A stretch of 64,000 nt of DNA from the NCBI RefSeq assembly GCF_035084215.1, contig NC_090355.1, positions 4,588,001 through 4,652,000 of the forward strand, given 5' to 3'. The translations under genes and the position numbers were made by a program. This stretch comes from Heptranchias perlo (lineage: Eukaryota). Numbering within the stretch: position 1 is the first letter of the stretch; every line of letters starts with the position of its first letter. This document shows, piece after piece, positions 13,001 through 32,679 of this stretch. The notes below the pieces were generated by a model, which saw only the letters and a program-made list of their open reading frames with translations, ran no database searches and was not told where the DNA came from.

Positions 13001-16000
13001 CTACTTGAAAAGCATTACAGTAGTATATCTGGGGATCACAGGCATTAGAGAGATGTACAGCAGGACAGTGTTGTGCTGTGGCTACCAATGCAATGTTTCC
13101 TAAGTTGACATACCCAACCCTGACAGTTTAAGTTTGCAGGTTAAGATTATCTCTAGGTGTCCGCTGCTATTAAGCCAGCCTGAGGGGTATTGAGTGACAG
13201 CTGCACAGAGGCTGTGTGTATAAAACTATGGGTGCTCCCTTTCCAAACCAAAGGCGCTCCTTTTCCAAACCACATGCATATTGGCATAGGGACAGGCAGA
13301 TTAGATGGTTAAGTGCATGGCTGAAAGTGGTGTGGGAAGCAGGGGTTTTGATTCATGGGGCATTGGCACCAGTACTGGGGAAAGAGGGAGCTGTTCTGTT
13401 GGGATGGGCTCCACTTAAACTGGGCTGGGACCAGTGTCGCGGCGAATCGATTAACTAGGACGGTAGATAGGACTTTAAACTAATAAGGTTGGGGGGAGAC
13501 AGTTCAGGTGAAGGTAAATTTATAAGTCTAAAGAGTAAAGTCAAGGCTGTAGAACGCAGTGTGTGTCAGGAAGGGACAGAGAGCTTAACAAAGGGCATTA
13601 GTGACATGGGTCACAAGGGAAAATGGTAAAAAGTTAAAATTAAAGGCACTATATCTGAATGCATGAAGCATTTGTAACAAGATAGATGAGTTAATGGCAC
13701 AAATAGAGATAAATGGATTTGATGTAGTAGCCATTAATGAGATGTGGTTGCAGGGTGACCAAATTTGGGAACTAAATATTCCAGGGTAGTTGGCTTTTAG
13801 AAAAGATAGACAAAATGTAATTGGGGGGGGGTAGCTGAGATAAAGGTAGCAGTGAGAAAAGAACTTAGTTCAGAGAATCAGTATGGGTGGAGCTAAATAA
13901 CAAGGGACAGAAAACACTGGTGGGAGTAGTTCATAAACCACCTAATAGCAGTTAGTGTTGGACAGAGTGTAAATCAGGAAATTAGAGGAGCATGTAACAA
14001 GGGTAATGCAATAATTATGGGGGACTTTAATCTTCATCTAGACTGGGCAAACCAAATTGGCAAAAGTAGTTTGGAGGATGACTTCATGGAATGCATTCGA
14101 GACCGTTTTCTAGCACATTATGTCGAGGAGCCAACCAGGGATCCGGCTATTTTAGCTCCAGTATTGTGTAAGAGACAGGGTTAATTATTAATCTTTTATA
14201 ATAAAGAATCCTCTGGAAGAGTGATCATAATATGATAGAATTTCATATTGAGTTTGAGAGTGATGTAGTTAAGTCCGAAATTGGGGTCTTAAATTTAAAC
14301 AAACTCAATTACGTAGGTATGAATGGTGCGTTGTCTAAGATAGATTAGGAAATTAGATTAAAAGATATGATGGTAGATAAGCAATGGCAAACATTTAAAG
14401 AAATAATTCACAATTCTCAATGAATATACATTCCCTTGAGGAATATAAAAACTCCACAGGAAGTGATCCAACTGTGGCTAACTAGAGAAGTTAAGTATTA
14501 GATTAAAAGAAAAGGCTTAGAATGTTGCCAAGAAGAGTAGTAAACTTGAGGATTGGGAGGGTTTTAGAAATCAGCAAAGGGTGACCAAGAAATTGATAGA
14601 GGGAGAAAATAGAATGAGATGAAACTAGCAAGTAATAAAACAGATTGTAAGAGCTTCTGCAAGTATGTAAAATGGAAGAGAGTAACAAAAGTAAACGTGG
14701 GTCCCTTTTAGAAGTAGAGACAGGAGAAATTATAATGGGGAATAAGGGAAAGGCAGAGACGTTAAACAAATATATATTGTATCTGTCTTCGCAGCAGAAG
14801 ATACAGAAAACATAACAGAAATAGTGGGGAACCAAGGGTCTAATGAGAGTGAGGAAATTAAAGTAATTAATATCAGTAAAGAAAAAGTACTGGAGAAACC
14901 AATGGGACTAAAAGCCACAAATCCCTATGACATGGTTTACATCCTAGGGTTTTAAGAGGTGGCTGCAGAGATAGTGGATACATTGATTTTGATCTTCCAG
15001 AATTCCCTAGATTCTAGTACAGTCCTATAGATTGGAAGGCAGCAAATGTAACCCCACTATTCAAGAAAAGAGAGGAAAAAAACAGGGAACTATAGGCCAG
15101 TTAGCCTGACATCAGTAGTAGGGAAAATGCTGGAATCTATTATTAAGGATGTTGTAACAGGGCACTTAGAAAATCATATGATTAGGTCGAGTCAAGGCAG
15201 TTTTATGAAAGGGAAATTGTATTTAACAAATTTATTAAGAGTTTTTTGAGGATGTAATAAGCAGGATAGATAAAGGTGAACCAGTAGATATATTTTCAAA
15301 AGGTAATCGATAAGGTTCTTCAAGAGTTTGTTACACAAAATTAGGGCTCGTGGTATATAGCATGGATTGAGGATTGGTTAACGGACAGGAAACAGCATAG
15401 GAATAAACAGGTTGGTTTTGGGTTAGCAGATTGTAACTAGTGGGGTGCCACAAGGATCAGTGCTCGGGCCTCAGCTATTTACAGTACATCAGTGACTTAG
15501 ATGAAGGGACTGTGTATAATGTATCCAAGTTTTCTGATGATACAAAGCAGTGAGGAGGACGCAAAGAAGCTGCAAAGGGATATAGGCAGGTTAAGTGAGT
15601 GGGCAAGAAGGTGGCAGATGGAGTATAATGTGGGGAAATGTGAAATTACCCACTTTGGTAGGAAGAATAGAAACACTGAATTTTTTTTGAGAAGTTGGTT
15701 GTCAGGGATTTGGGTGTACATGAATCACAGAAAGTTAACATGCAGGTACAACAAGCAATTATTCAATTCATTAGCAATTAGGAAGGCAAATGGTATGTTA
15801 TACTTCAATCCCGTTGCAATAAAGGCTAAGAGTACGGAGGTCTTGCTGCAATTATATACGGCTCTGGTGAGACCACCTGGAGTACGTTTTATTCTCCTTA
15901 CCTAAGGAAGGATATACTTGCCTTTAGAAAGGGTGCAACAAAAGTTCACTAGATTGATTCCTGGGATGAGCGGGTTGTCCTATGCGGAGAGATTGAGTAG

Positions 16001-17992
16001 AATGGGCCTGTATTCTCTGGGGTTTAGAAGAATGAGAAGTGATCTTATTGAAACATAAGATTCTGGTCAGCCATTTAGGACTGAGATGAGGAAAAATTTC
16101 TTCACTCAGGGTTATGAATCTTTGGAATTCTCTATTCGAGGGCTGTGGATGCTCAGTCATTGAGTACATTCAAGACAGATCGACGGATATTTGGACATCA
16201 AGATATAAGGGGATAGGGTGGGAAAGTGGAGTTGAGGTTGAAGATCAGCCATGATCTTACTGAATGGCGGAGCAGGCTCAAGGGACCGTATGGCCTACAG
16301 CTCCTATTACGTTACGTCTGTCTTTGAGCATCCAGTGGCTTTTTAAACCACTGGAGCCAAACTGTAGCTGGGCCGCCTCTGGTACCTCATCCGAGTGGTC
16401 AGTTGTGTGAGATCCCAGTGGATGTTGGCAGGCTCATTGTTCGTTGAAGACATTAAACCCCATTCTGTTGTGTTCAAGACTTGCATGAATATCCTTTTTC
16501 ACCAGGAGATGCTGGTTTATGATGAGAACAGGAGCCCTGGCTGTTGCTTCCACTGTGCTCCAGGCCAGTAGCCATGTCCAAAAGTTGACTTCACTGATTC
16601 AGGAAGAAAAGTGTCCAGAAAATGTTAACTAGTTCATTGAATCTGGACTTAACTCCTGTCTTAGAACTGCACATTGTTGGCTGCAGGTTACAGGTGAAAT
16701 AGAGATGCCAAAGTCCCATTGGAGCATAGTGTGGTGCATTTTGAATTGTGTGTGTAACTGCATTGGTCAGTGGGGCTGTGGTTCGTGCCCTGTTGTTCAC
16801 GTAGCCTTGTAAGTGATTTGCACACAGGCTACTGGGGACAGGCCGTCCTATGCAAGTGATCAGGGAAAATTCCTTGTAGAATGTTCCTCTGGGAAAGGTG
16901 GATGAGATTAATTGTGAGTTGAGTTTTGTTCACTGCTGTATCTTCTACTGACTGCTGTATTTCATTCATAGATTGAGGTTGTCCCATCAGCTTCTGCCCT
17001 CATCATCAAAGCCCTGAAGGAACCGCCCCGTGACAGGAAGAAGCAAAAGAACAGTAAGTAGTGATGTAGGGTGGGCAGAGGTTCGACGCTGTTCAATTTG
17101 CCTCTTCCATGCAACATTAACTACCTGTGGTAAAAGCTGAGTGAAGATCTATTTGGTTGCAGTTAAACTTATACACTGTTGTACTGTGGGTGTTGTTTGA
17201 CTGTGATTCAGAAATATCTGGTTGTGTAGATTTGCTTTCTCTTCCCCCCCCCCCCCCCCCAATTCCTCGAAGATGCTGACTGCCCAGTGCAGTGGTCCTC
17301 CAGTACCTTGCCCAGTGTTCCAGGTGATGTGTTGGTGGGCTATATAACTGGGAGACATCACAGCCAGGCATGAACACACCTTCACAGGACTTGCATAAAC
17401 ATTTGATGGTTAGCAGTGAAGTGGTAACTCTTGACCTTTTATTCGCACTCTCCCCGTGTGTGCTGATGAAATCAGAAGCCAGGATCTAGGCTGTCGTTCA
17501 CTGGGCATTGAGTTTACCCACTGGTGGTGCAGCTGGCCTGTTGTATGGGGGTGTGTATTAACTGCCAGTATTGATTCTGTGTTTCTTTCTAGTTAAACAC
17601 ACTGGCAGCATCACCTTTGATGAGGTGCTTAGTGTCGCCCGACAGATGAGGCATCGTTCTTTGGCCAGGGAACTTTCAGGTAGGTGCTGACTGATGTAAT
17701 GGGCCTTGGTGTCTGTCGTGCATTCATGCTAGATTGGTGGAATAGGGATAAGACTGATCTTGTTTATAACCACCACAGGGACTGTGAAGGAAATCCTGGG
17801 AACTGCTCAGTCCATCGGCTGCAATATTGATGGCAAACACCCTCATAGTGTGATTGAGGACATCAACCAGGGCAAGATCGAGTGTCCTGCTGTAAGTTTG
17901 GTTTTTTGGATTACCTTGTACTGCATTGATTTTTGACTCGTGCTTTGCCAAGTCGACTTACACAGTCTATTCTTTCCTTCCAACAGGAATGA
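10013..17992 (+). CDS. RPL12: 60S ribosomal protein L12 (uL11), copy 1, complete
   Basis: Exons 10013-10049, 12633-12706, 12806-12904, 16972-17053, 17593-17679, 17779-17891, 17987-17992 (37+74+99+82+87+113+6=498 nt), all GT-AG. Encodes [48 protein letters not shown]...GKIECPAE*, 165 aa. Confidence 0.98.
11348..12227 (+). mobile_element. CR1 LINE 3' fragment in RPL12 intron 1 (duplicate 21800-22679)
   Basis: Encodes [11 protein letters not shown] and downstream RT C-terminus, with frameshifts; TATGTTCTT-type tail. Confidence 0.9.
13265..16320 (+). mobile_element. decayed CR1 LINE (end of ORF1, endonuclease, RT) in RPL12 intron 3 (duplicate 23712-26769)
   Basis: DGLHLN (SGNH-esterase ORF1), IIMGDFN (endonuclease), NYRPVSLTS and [10 protein letters not shown] (RT), with many stops and frameshifts. 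Confidence 0.92.
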
Positions 17993-18020
17993 AGTGGAGG
18001 TACCATAGAACTAAGTTTCC

Positions 18021-18026
18021 AATAAA
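18021..18026 (+). terminator. RPL12 polyadenylation signal (copy 1)
   Basis: AATAAA about 30 nt after the stop codon, followed by a GT/T-rich downstream element. Confidence 0.85.
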
Positions 18027-18076
18027 AAGTCTTTAAAAACAATTGAACCTGTTTGTGTGCTGGTTTGTTTTCTTTG

Positions 18077-18276
18077 NNNNNNNNNNNNNNNNNNNNNNNN
18101 NNNNNNNNNNNNNNNNNNNNNNNNNNNNNNNNNNNNNNNNNNNNNNNNNNNNNNNNNNNNNNNNNNNNNNNNNNNNNNNNNNNNNNNNNNNNNNNNNNNN
18201 NNNNNNNNNNNNNNNNNNNNNNNNNNNNNNNNNNNNNNNNNNNNNNNNNNNNNNNNNNNNNNNNNNNNNNNNNNNN
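18077..18276. other. assembly gap (200 N) between the duplicated blocks
   Basis: Run of exactly 200 N. Confidence 1.
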
Positions 18277-18832
18277 TAGTCAAGCTAATTCTTCACTTGA
18301 AATCACAGCTCTCAAAACGGATTATAAATGTTGGACAACTGAAGTGAGCAGAACACAAGCCAACAGGGGAGTCAATGAACTCTCCTCACTGAACGAGAGA
18401 GACAGGCACAGAGAGAGAGGGAGAGAGCGAGTTGTCACTTTACTCCAGAATGAGATGTTTCAGCCCAGAGGCGTTCTCAGCTGGACAGTGAAGATCTGCT
18501 CCACACTCAACGGCTGTCGCTCCTGTGAGCAAACTGAGTTCACGGTATTTGGTCATCAATGGTCACTCCTCCCCTTTTAAACATAAACCTGCTTTAAAGG
18601 GGAAATTCTTCAATGAAGAAGCTGCTCATCGACTATTGGCATCAGGTGCAAGAGATGAGATTGAAGTCATAAAAGCAGAAACTGCTGGGCAGGCTCAGGT
18701 GAGGCAGCCTCTTTGTATTGGAAAAAAAATAAACTCCTGACTGGTGTCCGCGGGGAATTAAACCATCGGATTGTTAAATGTTTACAAACCGTACAAGACA
18801 TTGGGGGGAGGAATAGTCAGAGCCCCGATCCG

Positions 18833-19720
18833 CCTCGTCCCGGTCCCTCTCTCCCCCCCCCCCCCCGTCCCTCTCCTCTCCCCCCCCCCCCCGGCCGGTC
18901 CCTCTCCTCTCCCCCCCCCCCCCGTCCCTCTCCTCTCCCCCCCCCCCCCCCCCCCGGCCCGGTCCCTCTCCTCTCCCCCCCCCCCCCCCCCGGCCCGGTC
19001 CCTCTCCCCCTCCCCCCCCCCCCCCGGCCCGGTCCCTCTCCTCTCCCCCCCCCCCCCCCCGGCCCGGTCCCTCTCCCCCCCCCCCCGGCCCGGTCCTCTC
19101 CCCCCCCCCCCCGGCCCGGTCCCTCTCCTCCCCCCCCCGGCCCGGTCCCTCTCCTCCCCCCCCCGGCCCGGTCCCTCTCCTCCCCCCCCCGGCCCGGTCC
19201 CTCTCCTCTCCCTCCCTCCCCCCCCCCGGCCCGGTCCCTCTCCTCTCCCTCCCCCCCCCCCCCCGGCCCGGTCCCTCTCCTCTCCCCCCCCCCCCCCCCC
19301 CGGCCCGGTCCCTCCCCTCTCCCCCCCCCCCCCGGCCCGGTCCCTCTCCTCTCCCCCCCCCCCCCCCCCGGTCCCTCTCCTCTCCCCCCCCCGCCCGGTC
19401 CGGTCCCTCTCCTCCCCCCCCCCCCCCCGGCCCGGTCCGGTCCCTCTCCTCTCCCCCCCCCCCCGGTCCGGTCCCTCTCCTCTCCCCCTCCCCCGGCCCG
19501 GTCCGGTCCCCCTCCTCTCCCCCCCCCCGCCCGGCCCGGCCCCCCCCTCTCCCCCCGGCCCGGTCCCCCCCCCCCGCCCGGCCCGGCCCCCCCCTCTCCC
19601 CCCGGCCCGGCCCCCCCCTCTCCCCCCGGCCCGGCCCCCCCCTCTCCCCCCGGCCCGGCCCCCCCCTCTCCCCCCGGCCCGGCCCCCCACTCTCCCCCCG
19701 GCCCGGCCCCCCCCTCTCTC
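18833..19720. repeat. C-rich/G-rich minisatellite in LRSAM1 intron (copy 2, shorter)
   Basis: Same unit family, about 0.9 kb, gap-free. Confidence 0.95.
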
Positions 19721-19722
19721 AC

Positions 19723-19794
19723 CAGGCACATCTGATATTCCAGCCGTTTCCGCGCCTCTTCATTTTGCTTCTTTTTCCGAGAGAAAAGCATCAT
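19723..19794 (-). CDS. LRSAM1: LRSAM1 first coding exon, duplicated copy
   Basis: Same 72-nt exon (MMLFSRKKKQNEEARKRLEYQMCL) and GTGAGA donor as 9344-9273, offset 10450. Confidence 0.9.
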
Positions 19795-20462
19795 TTCGGG
19801 CCGAGGCTCCGCCTGTCCCCGCGGGGAGCGGCCCGGACAGCGGGGAGGAGGAAGAGGGACAAGCGGCCGCCAGCACGTCCCTCTGCGGGATTCGCTCGCT
19901 CGGCACCGCCTCGGCCTCCCACCGATCCTCAGACGATTCTTAACCCAAGGCAGCGACTGACTCAGTTCCGCCTCCCGTCACTCCTCCAGCGCCAACAAGC
20001 GCCCAAAGAAAAGCAAGAGGTGTCACTTCAACCAACAAGTAGCGAGAGTGAAACAAGAGGTGTCCGCTACGCTGACCTCCCAACGCTGAAACCCCCCCAA
20101 ATGCTGACAGGAGAATAAATACCACAGTAATCCAGTAGATAAGTTTGTTATATATCCTACGCTTTACTATTTGGTTAATTTTTTTCAAGATTTCCAGTAA
20201 TTTGCCGTCCGTGTCGTTATGACTTGCTCTGATTCTCGGACTGTGATCTTGTTTTTGCCTCACACAATATGGCGCCGCGTTGGTGCCATTCGGAAACCTC
20301 GCGATACTTGGCCTGGGTATATAAGGCGGGAGCGCGATAAGGTCTCCCTTCTCGCTGCTCCTGTCGGTGACGGTGCAACTAAACTTCGGTCGTCCCGAAT
20401 CCGGGTTCATCCGACACCGATACCGCGCGTCAGAGCAGTAAACGCCGTCAGCCGCCGCCGGG
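19795..20462. promoter_or_regulatory. duplicate of the RPL12/LRSAM1 bidirectional promoter
   Basis: Near-identical to 9345-10012, with substitutions at 19892 and 20309. Confidence 0.8.
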
Positions 20463-28441
<7,979 letters not shown>

Positions 28442-28469
28442 AGTGGAGGTACCATAGAACTAAGTTTCC

Positions 28470-28475
28470 AATAAA
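28470..28475 (+). terminator. RPL12 polyadenylation signal (copy 2)
   Basis: AATAAA plus GT-rich downstream element, as in copy 1. Confidence 0.85.
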
Positions 28476-28739
28476 AAGTCTTTAAAAACAATTGAACCTG
28501 TTTGTGTGCTGGTTTGTTTTCTTTGGGTGTATGTGGGGGGAAGTTCAATCTGAAATTTGCTTCCTGCAATGTTAAAAGTTTGGATACATTTTTTTGATCA
28601 TCATCTAAACATTTCCCTGATGGCTTTGAGTTCCTTGTTGTTACTGAAATGGGTTGGAACACAGATTGCATTGACTAAAACAGCACAAAGTTCTTGCGTC
28701 AGTAAATGCTTTTTTGTATATGAAGCAACCCTTGAACAT

Positions 28740-29050
28740 TTCGTGGAATTGAATTCAGTAAATCTGATAATTTGTGATCCAGTGCCAGCTAAAAAATATC
28801 CATGAAAAGCTGCTGGATAGTTGTAAAAACACAGCTGGTTCAGAATGTCCTTCAGGGAAGGGAACCAGCCACCCTGGCTCAGTCTAGCCAATATGTAACT
28901 CCCACTTCTGCACTACATTGCTAGCTCCTTCTGCTCTGTTAAAGTGCACTTGCATGCAACTTATAGTTACTTAAGGTGGCCCATGGCCTTGGAGCAGCTA
29001 GGTATGGGCAATAAATGTGGCTTCACCAGTGTCATGAGAACAAATGTTTT
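28740..29050 (+). mobile_element. old SINE (MER131-like), same family as 55115-55447
   Basis: Shared GTAAAAA..CTGGTTCA..AATGTCCTT.AGGGAAGG core and GGGCAATAAATG tail. Confidence 0.6.
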
Positions 29051-29349
29051 TTAAAAAACATTGTTATTGCAGGTCTCCAAACTGGTTTGCAGTAAATGAA
29101 ATATTTGGTGCTAAATTGACCTATTGATATAATCTGAGCACAAAGCCTAATCTCAACCATTCCTTGTCTTTCAAATGGAAATCCTGCAAAATGGCTTGTA
29201 GTGAGGCTATGAATAATTGTGGGGAGGTATTACCTGTGAATCATGTAAGCCTGAATCCATAGAGTGGGGCAGATCGTGTTTCCTGTTCTCCCACCCCTCC
29301 CTACACACTGAATGAACTAACTTGCTGGGATTATGTTCTGTCCATGTCA

Positions 29350-29560
29350 GCAGCCCTCTTGTACTTCAGCCAAGTGATCATTCTTCACATGCAAGACTCA
29401 TGTCTGCAGACTCTTAACACAGGATAGTGATCAGGAAAGGGAACCCTTGCTGCTGCTTTCCCTTCCCCTCCCTAGTGTGTAGGGGTGTTGAGGTCAACTG
29501 TAATGTCCCAATTGCTACCCAGGGTGGAGGTCAAACCAGGGACACTTTGGTCGATGTAAA
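29350..29560 (-). mobile_element. old tRNA-derived SINE relic (related pieces at 1-110, 4140-4300, 16370-16560, 17285-17525)
   Basis: The segments resemble one another (GTACCT..CC.AGTG..CA, GATAGTGATCAGGA..GGGAACCC, GAGGCCAATTGTAG). Family name uncertain. Confidence 0.5.
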
Positions 29561-31377
29561 ACTTTACATATTAGGCCACTGGAGAAAATGTTACTGTTGA
29601 ACAGTCCATCTGTTACTACAAATGAGGATTTTTAAGAACAGAAACCAATAATTAAGATTTTTTGATTGAGATTATTTATAGCAAGGGGAGAGAAAAATAG
29701 CATGCATTTACCATTCTTAACTCAAACCTTTTCCCTGCTAAATATTTATCCAAATCTCTCAAACTTGCACTTCTTGTCCAGTCTGTTCCATATACTCATC
29801 AATCTATGTGTAAAGAACATAGTCTGTTTACCTTCCCTCTTGTGAATTTGAGTCTTCTCCTTCATTGTTATACGTTATGGTTCAATTTACTTTAGAACCT
29901 TGGATAGTACAATAAGATCTCCCTTGTAGTTGTACTACAGTGAAACCTGTACAAACGGATGCCTGCAAAAAAAAAAGTACACTTATTGACAGTCCCAAAT
30001 AACTTAAATTGTAATAGATACAAGCTGCACCTTGAAACCATGGACACTTGCAAATTACGAATTATGGGCAGCCTTCGCTGCACCAAGTCCATTTACAACT
30101 TAAAACACTAGACTCAGAGGTAAGTGCAAGGTGGCAGCGGGTGAAAGAAATGGCTTTTGTGGAATGGAGATCTCTTTACCCCTCAACCACAGTGGCAGAG
30201 AAACTGCTCTATCTCTGGGATTAAATGCTCGTATAGCTCTATCTGAGGGATAGAGCAGTTTCTCTGCTGCAATGGATGGTGGGTAAAGAACTCCCCATTC
30301 CACAAAAGCCGGGAAGTGCCAGTTGGGAATTTGGGGGGGGGTGGGTGCTCGAGTTTGGGGAAGAGGAGAGATTGGTTTCCCCTCCTGCTCATATGTGGCT
30401 TCCTGTTTCTTGGAATGTTGCATACATCAGCTGCTGGCGTGAAACCAAAAATAAAGATTCTCAACTACAGGGGCCCTAACCTTTTAGGACTCCAGGATGG
30501 CAATGAACTGGGATCACATCCTGCTGGCAGGGCTCCAGAATTAGGCATGGTCCCAGGTGAAAGCAAAAAAAGGAACATTGCAGGAGATAGCCAATCCTGG
30601 GATATTTAGTGCATCTAGTTACTGTACATAATGACAATTTTGAAAACAAGGATACCTATAAATAAAGGACACTTGATGCAAGTCCCTCAGGTTTTAGTAT
30701 ATTGGCTAGGTTCTGTAGCCTCACCTTAGATTAGGCACCTGTGTTGTGAGGAATCAATTTTAGTAATTACTCTCTCCAATGCTATAATATCCACCTGTAA
30801 CCTTGACCAGAATTATACACTGGGTGGGGTTTGCTACATCATTGCTTTGTACAAACTCATTTTTTGGAACACTCACTCTATTTGTCTGGTTGTGAGATCT
30901 TGTTTGTAGCCCAATGAGTGTTCAGATTGTGTTGACTATGGGTTCACCTCACTCAAAAGAATTCCATCTAGTTTGACATGCTGGAGGATTTACATGAGAC
31001 TACAGCAGAGAAACAGGCCATTCGGCCAACAGTGCTGTTAACAATGTTTGTGCTACACCTGTAAGACAAGGATACTTGAGCTCAAATTACAATCAAATCT
31101 AAATAGCTAAAATCTCACAATTTATTAACCGCAATATGGGTGTAGTTAGCGGTGCTGGTCCTAAAATGAGATGGAGATCTTGCCCCATAGGAAAGTGCAG
31201 ACTAGAAGGTGCAAACACTGGACTTGTGTACAAACATAATCCTTTGTAAGATGTCCTGATGTTCATGCTATTGCCCCATCAACACCATGTTCTCTATGCT
31301 ATATAACCTCAATGACTAGGTAACTAGGTGGTGTCATTCTCTTCCCCCACTAAACAATACTTAGTTTTTTTGATGAG

Positions 31378-31650
31378 TTTTTGTGCTTAACAAGTCAGGG
31401 CTGACAGTGCTGGGGATTGGAATACTTCTGTCACCCAGTGTCAGCATCCAGTGCTCCAGATCAAGTATGGTACAACCAGATGCACAGCCAGGCTCTGTCT
31501 ACTCTGCCCCAACAATGTGGCTAAACCCCAATCTTAGAGCACCCCTTAATGCACAAGCATGATATTTCCATTCCCTGCACCAGCCATCCTTGTTTAAGTG
31601 ATAATGCCAATCTAGTACTGAATTGTGGGTTTTGTATTGTGCTCTAGTGG
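31378..31650 (-). mobile_element. LF-SINE-like element, 3' half
   Basis: Reverse strand reads ...GGGGTTTAGCCACATTGTTGGGGCAGAGTAGACAGAGC...GATGCTGACACTGGG...AAGCACAAAAA; homologous to 61985-62950. Confidence 0.55.
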
Positions 31651-32679
31651 AAATCTGGAACTCTCCACCAAAAGGCTGTGGATGCTGAGTCAGAACTGAG
31701 ATCGATAGAAGACCATCGTCTCAGGGTAATAAATGGCAATAATGCCCACATCTTGAGAATCAATTTTAAAAATGACAGCTCCAAGGTGAGTTTGTTGTCC
31801 CTGGCATCATTCTCCAAGACCACTGCCATCCCACTCTCATCCAGAATAGCATTTAGGAATTTGTATACAGTCCACACCATCTTCCCCATCATTAGCTAGC
31901 CATTAGTGTCGAGTTTGCCTCCTTTCCCCCCCCCCCCCTCCCAGCCCATCAATCTGGTTTCTTAATGACCCATGATCTCTGCAGCAAATCACCGGCCTTT
32001 TCAATTTCCATGCAATTAGATTCTCCCTACCGCCTGTTGGGTCCGGTACCAAATCAGTATAGTGCTCGCTCCAGATATTGACGATGCACTCACTGCTGTA
32101 GTGGCGAGCAGTCAACTTATCAGTCATTGGCATTAGCACAGAGGAACCCATTTGGGCAGGACAGATGATACAATTTAGCCAAGAGTAGCAATTTAGGGTC
32201 ATTTTTGAGTTAATGGTGTACCTTCGTAGATAAGTGCATTTCCCCAGTGACCCACCCGCCTGGCTTCATAATACACTACATTAGAATTCAACTTTGCAGC
32301 AGCTCATGATTGCTCCAAAGGCTTCAAATACCATTTAAAAGCTGTCTGCTTTTGTCCAACAGCTTGCCTTCCCCTTTTAGTTACCTTTACATGATTCTGA
32401 TTAATTGATGAGCAGCCTCACAGTCTCTAGTTTGTTTATAACCTCAGTTGCTGAAGCAAGGAAATCATTGGCAACACCATCTGCCATCAAACCTGCCCTC
32501 TCAGTAGTCATACAGAGTACTTGCTGGCATTGTGGCCAGCAATATACCTCTGGTAGCTAAGTATGTTGGCCTGCTTGCTCAGAGCACAAAAGCTGTTCAC
32601 CACATTGACTTGTCAGTCGCCCTCTAGCTCAGGGCCAGCAACCTGCTAAAGACAGCTAGGAACTGTCTTCTCGATGTTG

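Larger units (their letters stand above)
6760..18076. repeat. segmental duplicate, copy 1 (likely false duplication)
   Basis: Collinear with 18278-28525 apart from scattered SNPs, small indels and the minisatellite; ends exactly at the N-gap. Confidence 0.95.

Noticed and set aside
16331-16355. Perfect 8-bp inverted repeat TCCAGTGG..CCACTGGA
   Set aside because: Short, lies between two repeat relics, and is within chance expectation.
12954-17140. 12-mer CTGTGGTAAAAG shared by RPL12 introns 3 and 4, and a C/D-like GTGATGT...CTGA (17061-17140) with 10-nt 28S complementarity
   Set aside because: One repeated 12-mer is expected by chance in 8 kb. The C box is imperfect and only 7 nt from the donor, the complementary stretch is not adjacent to the D box, and there is no terminal stem.
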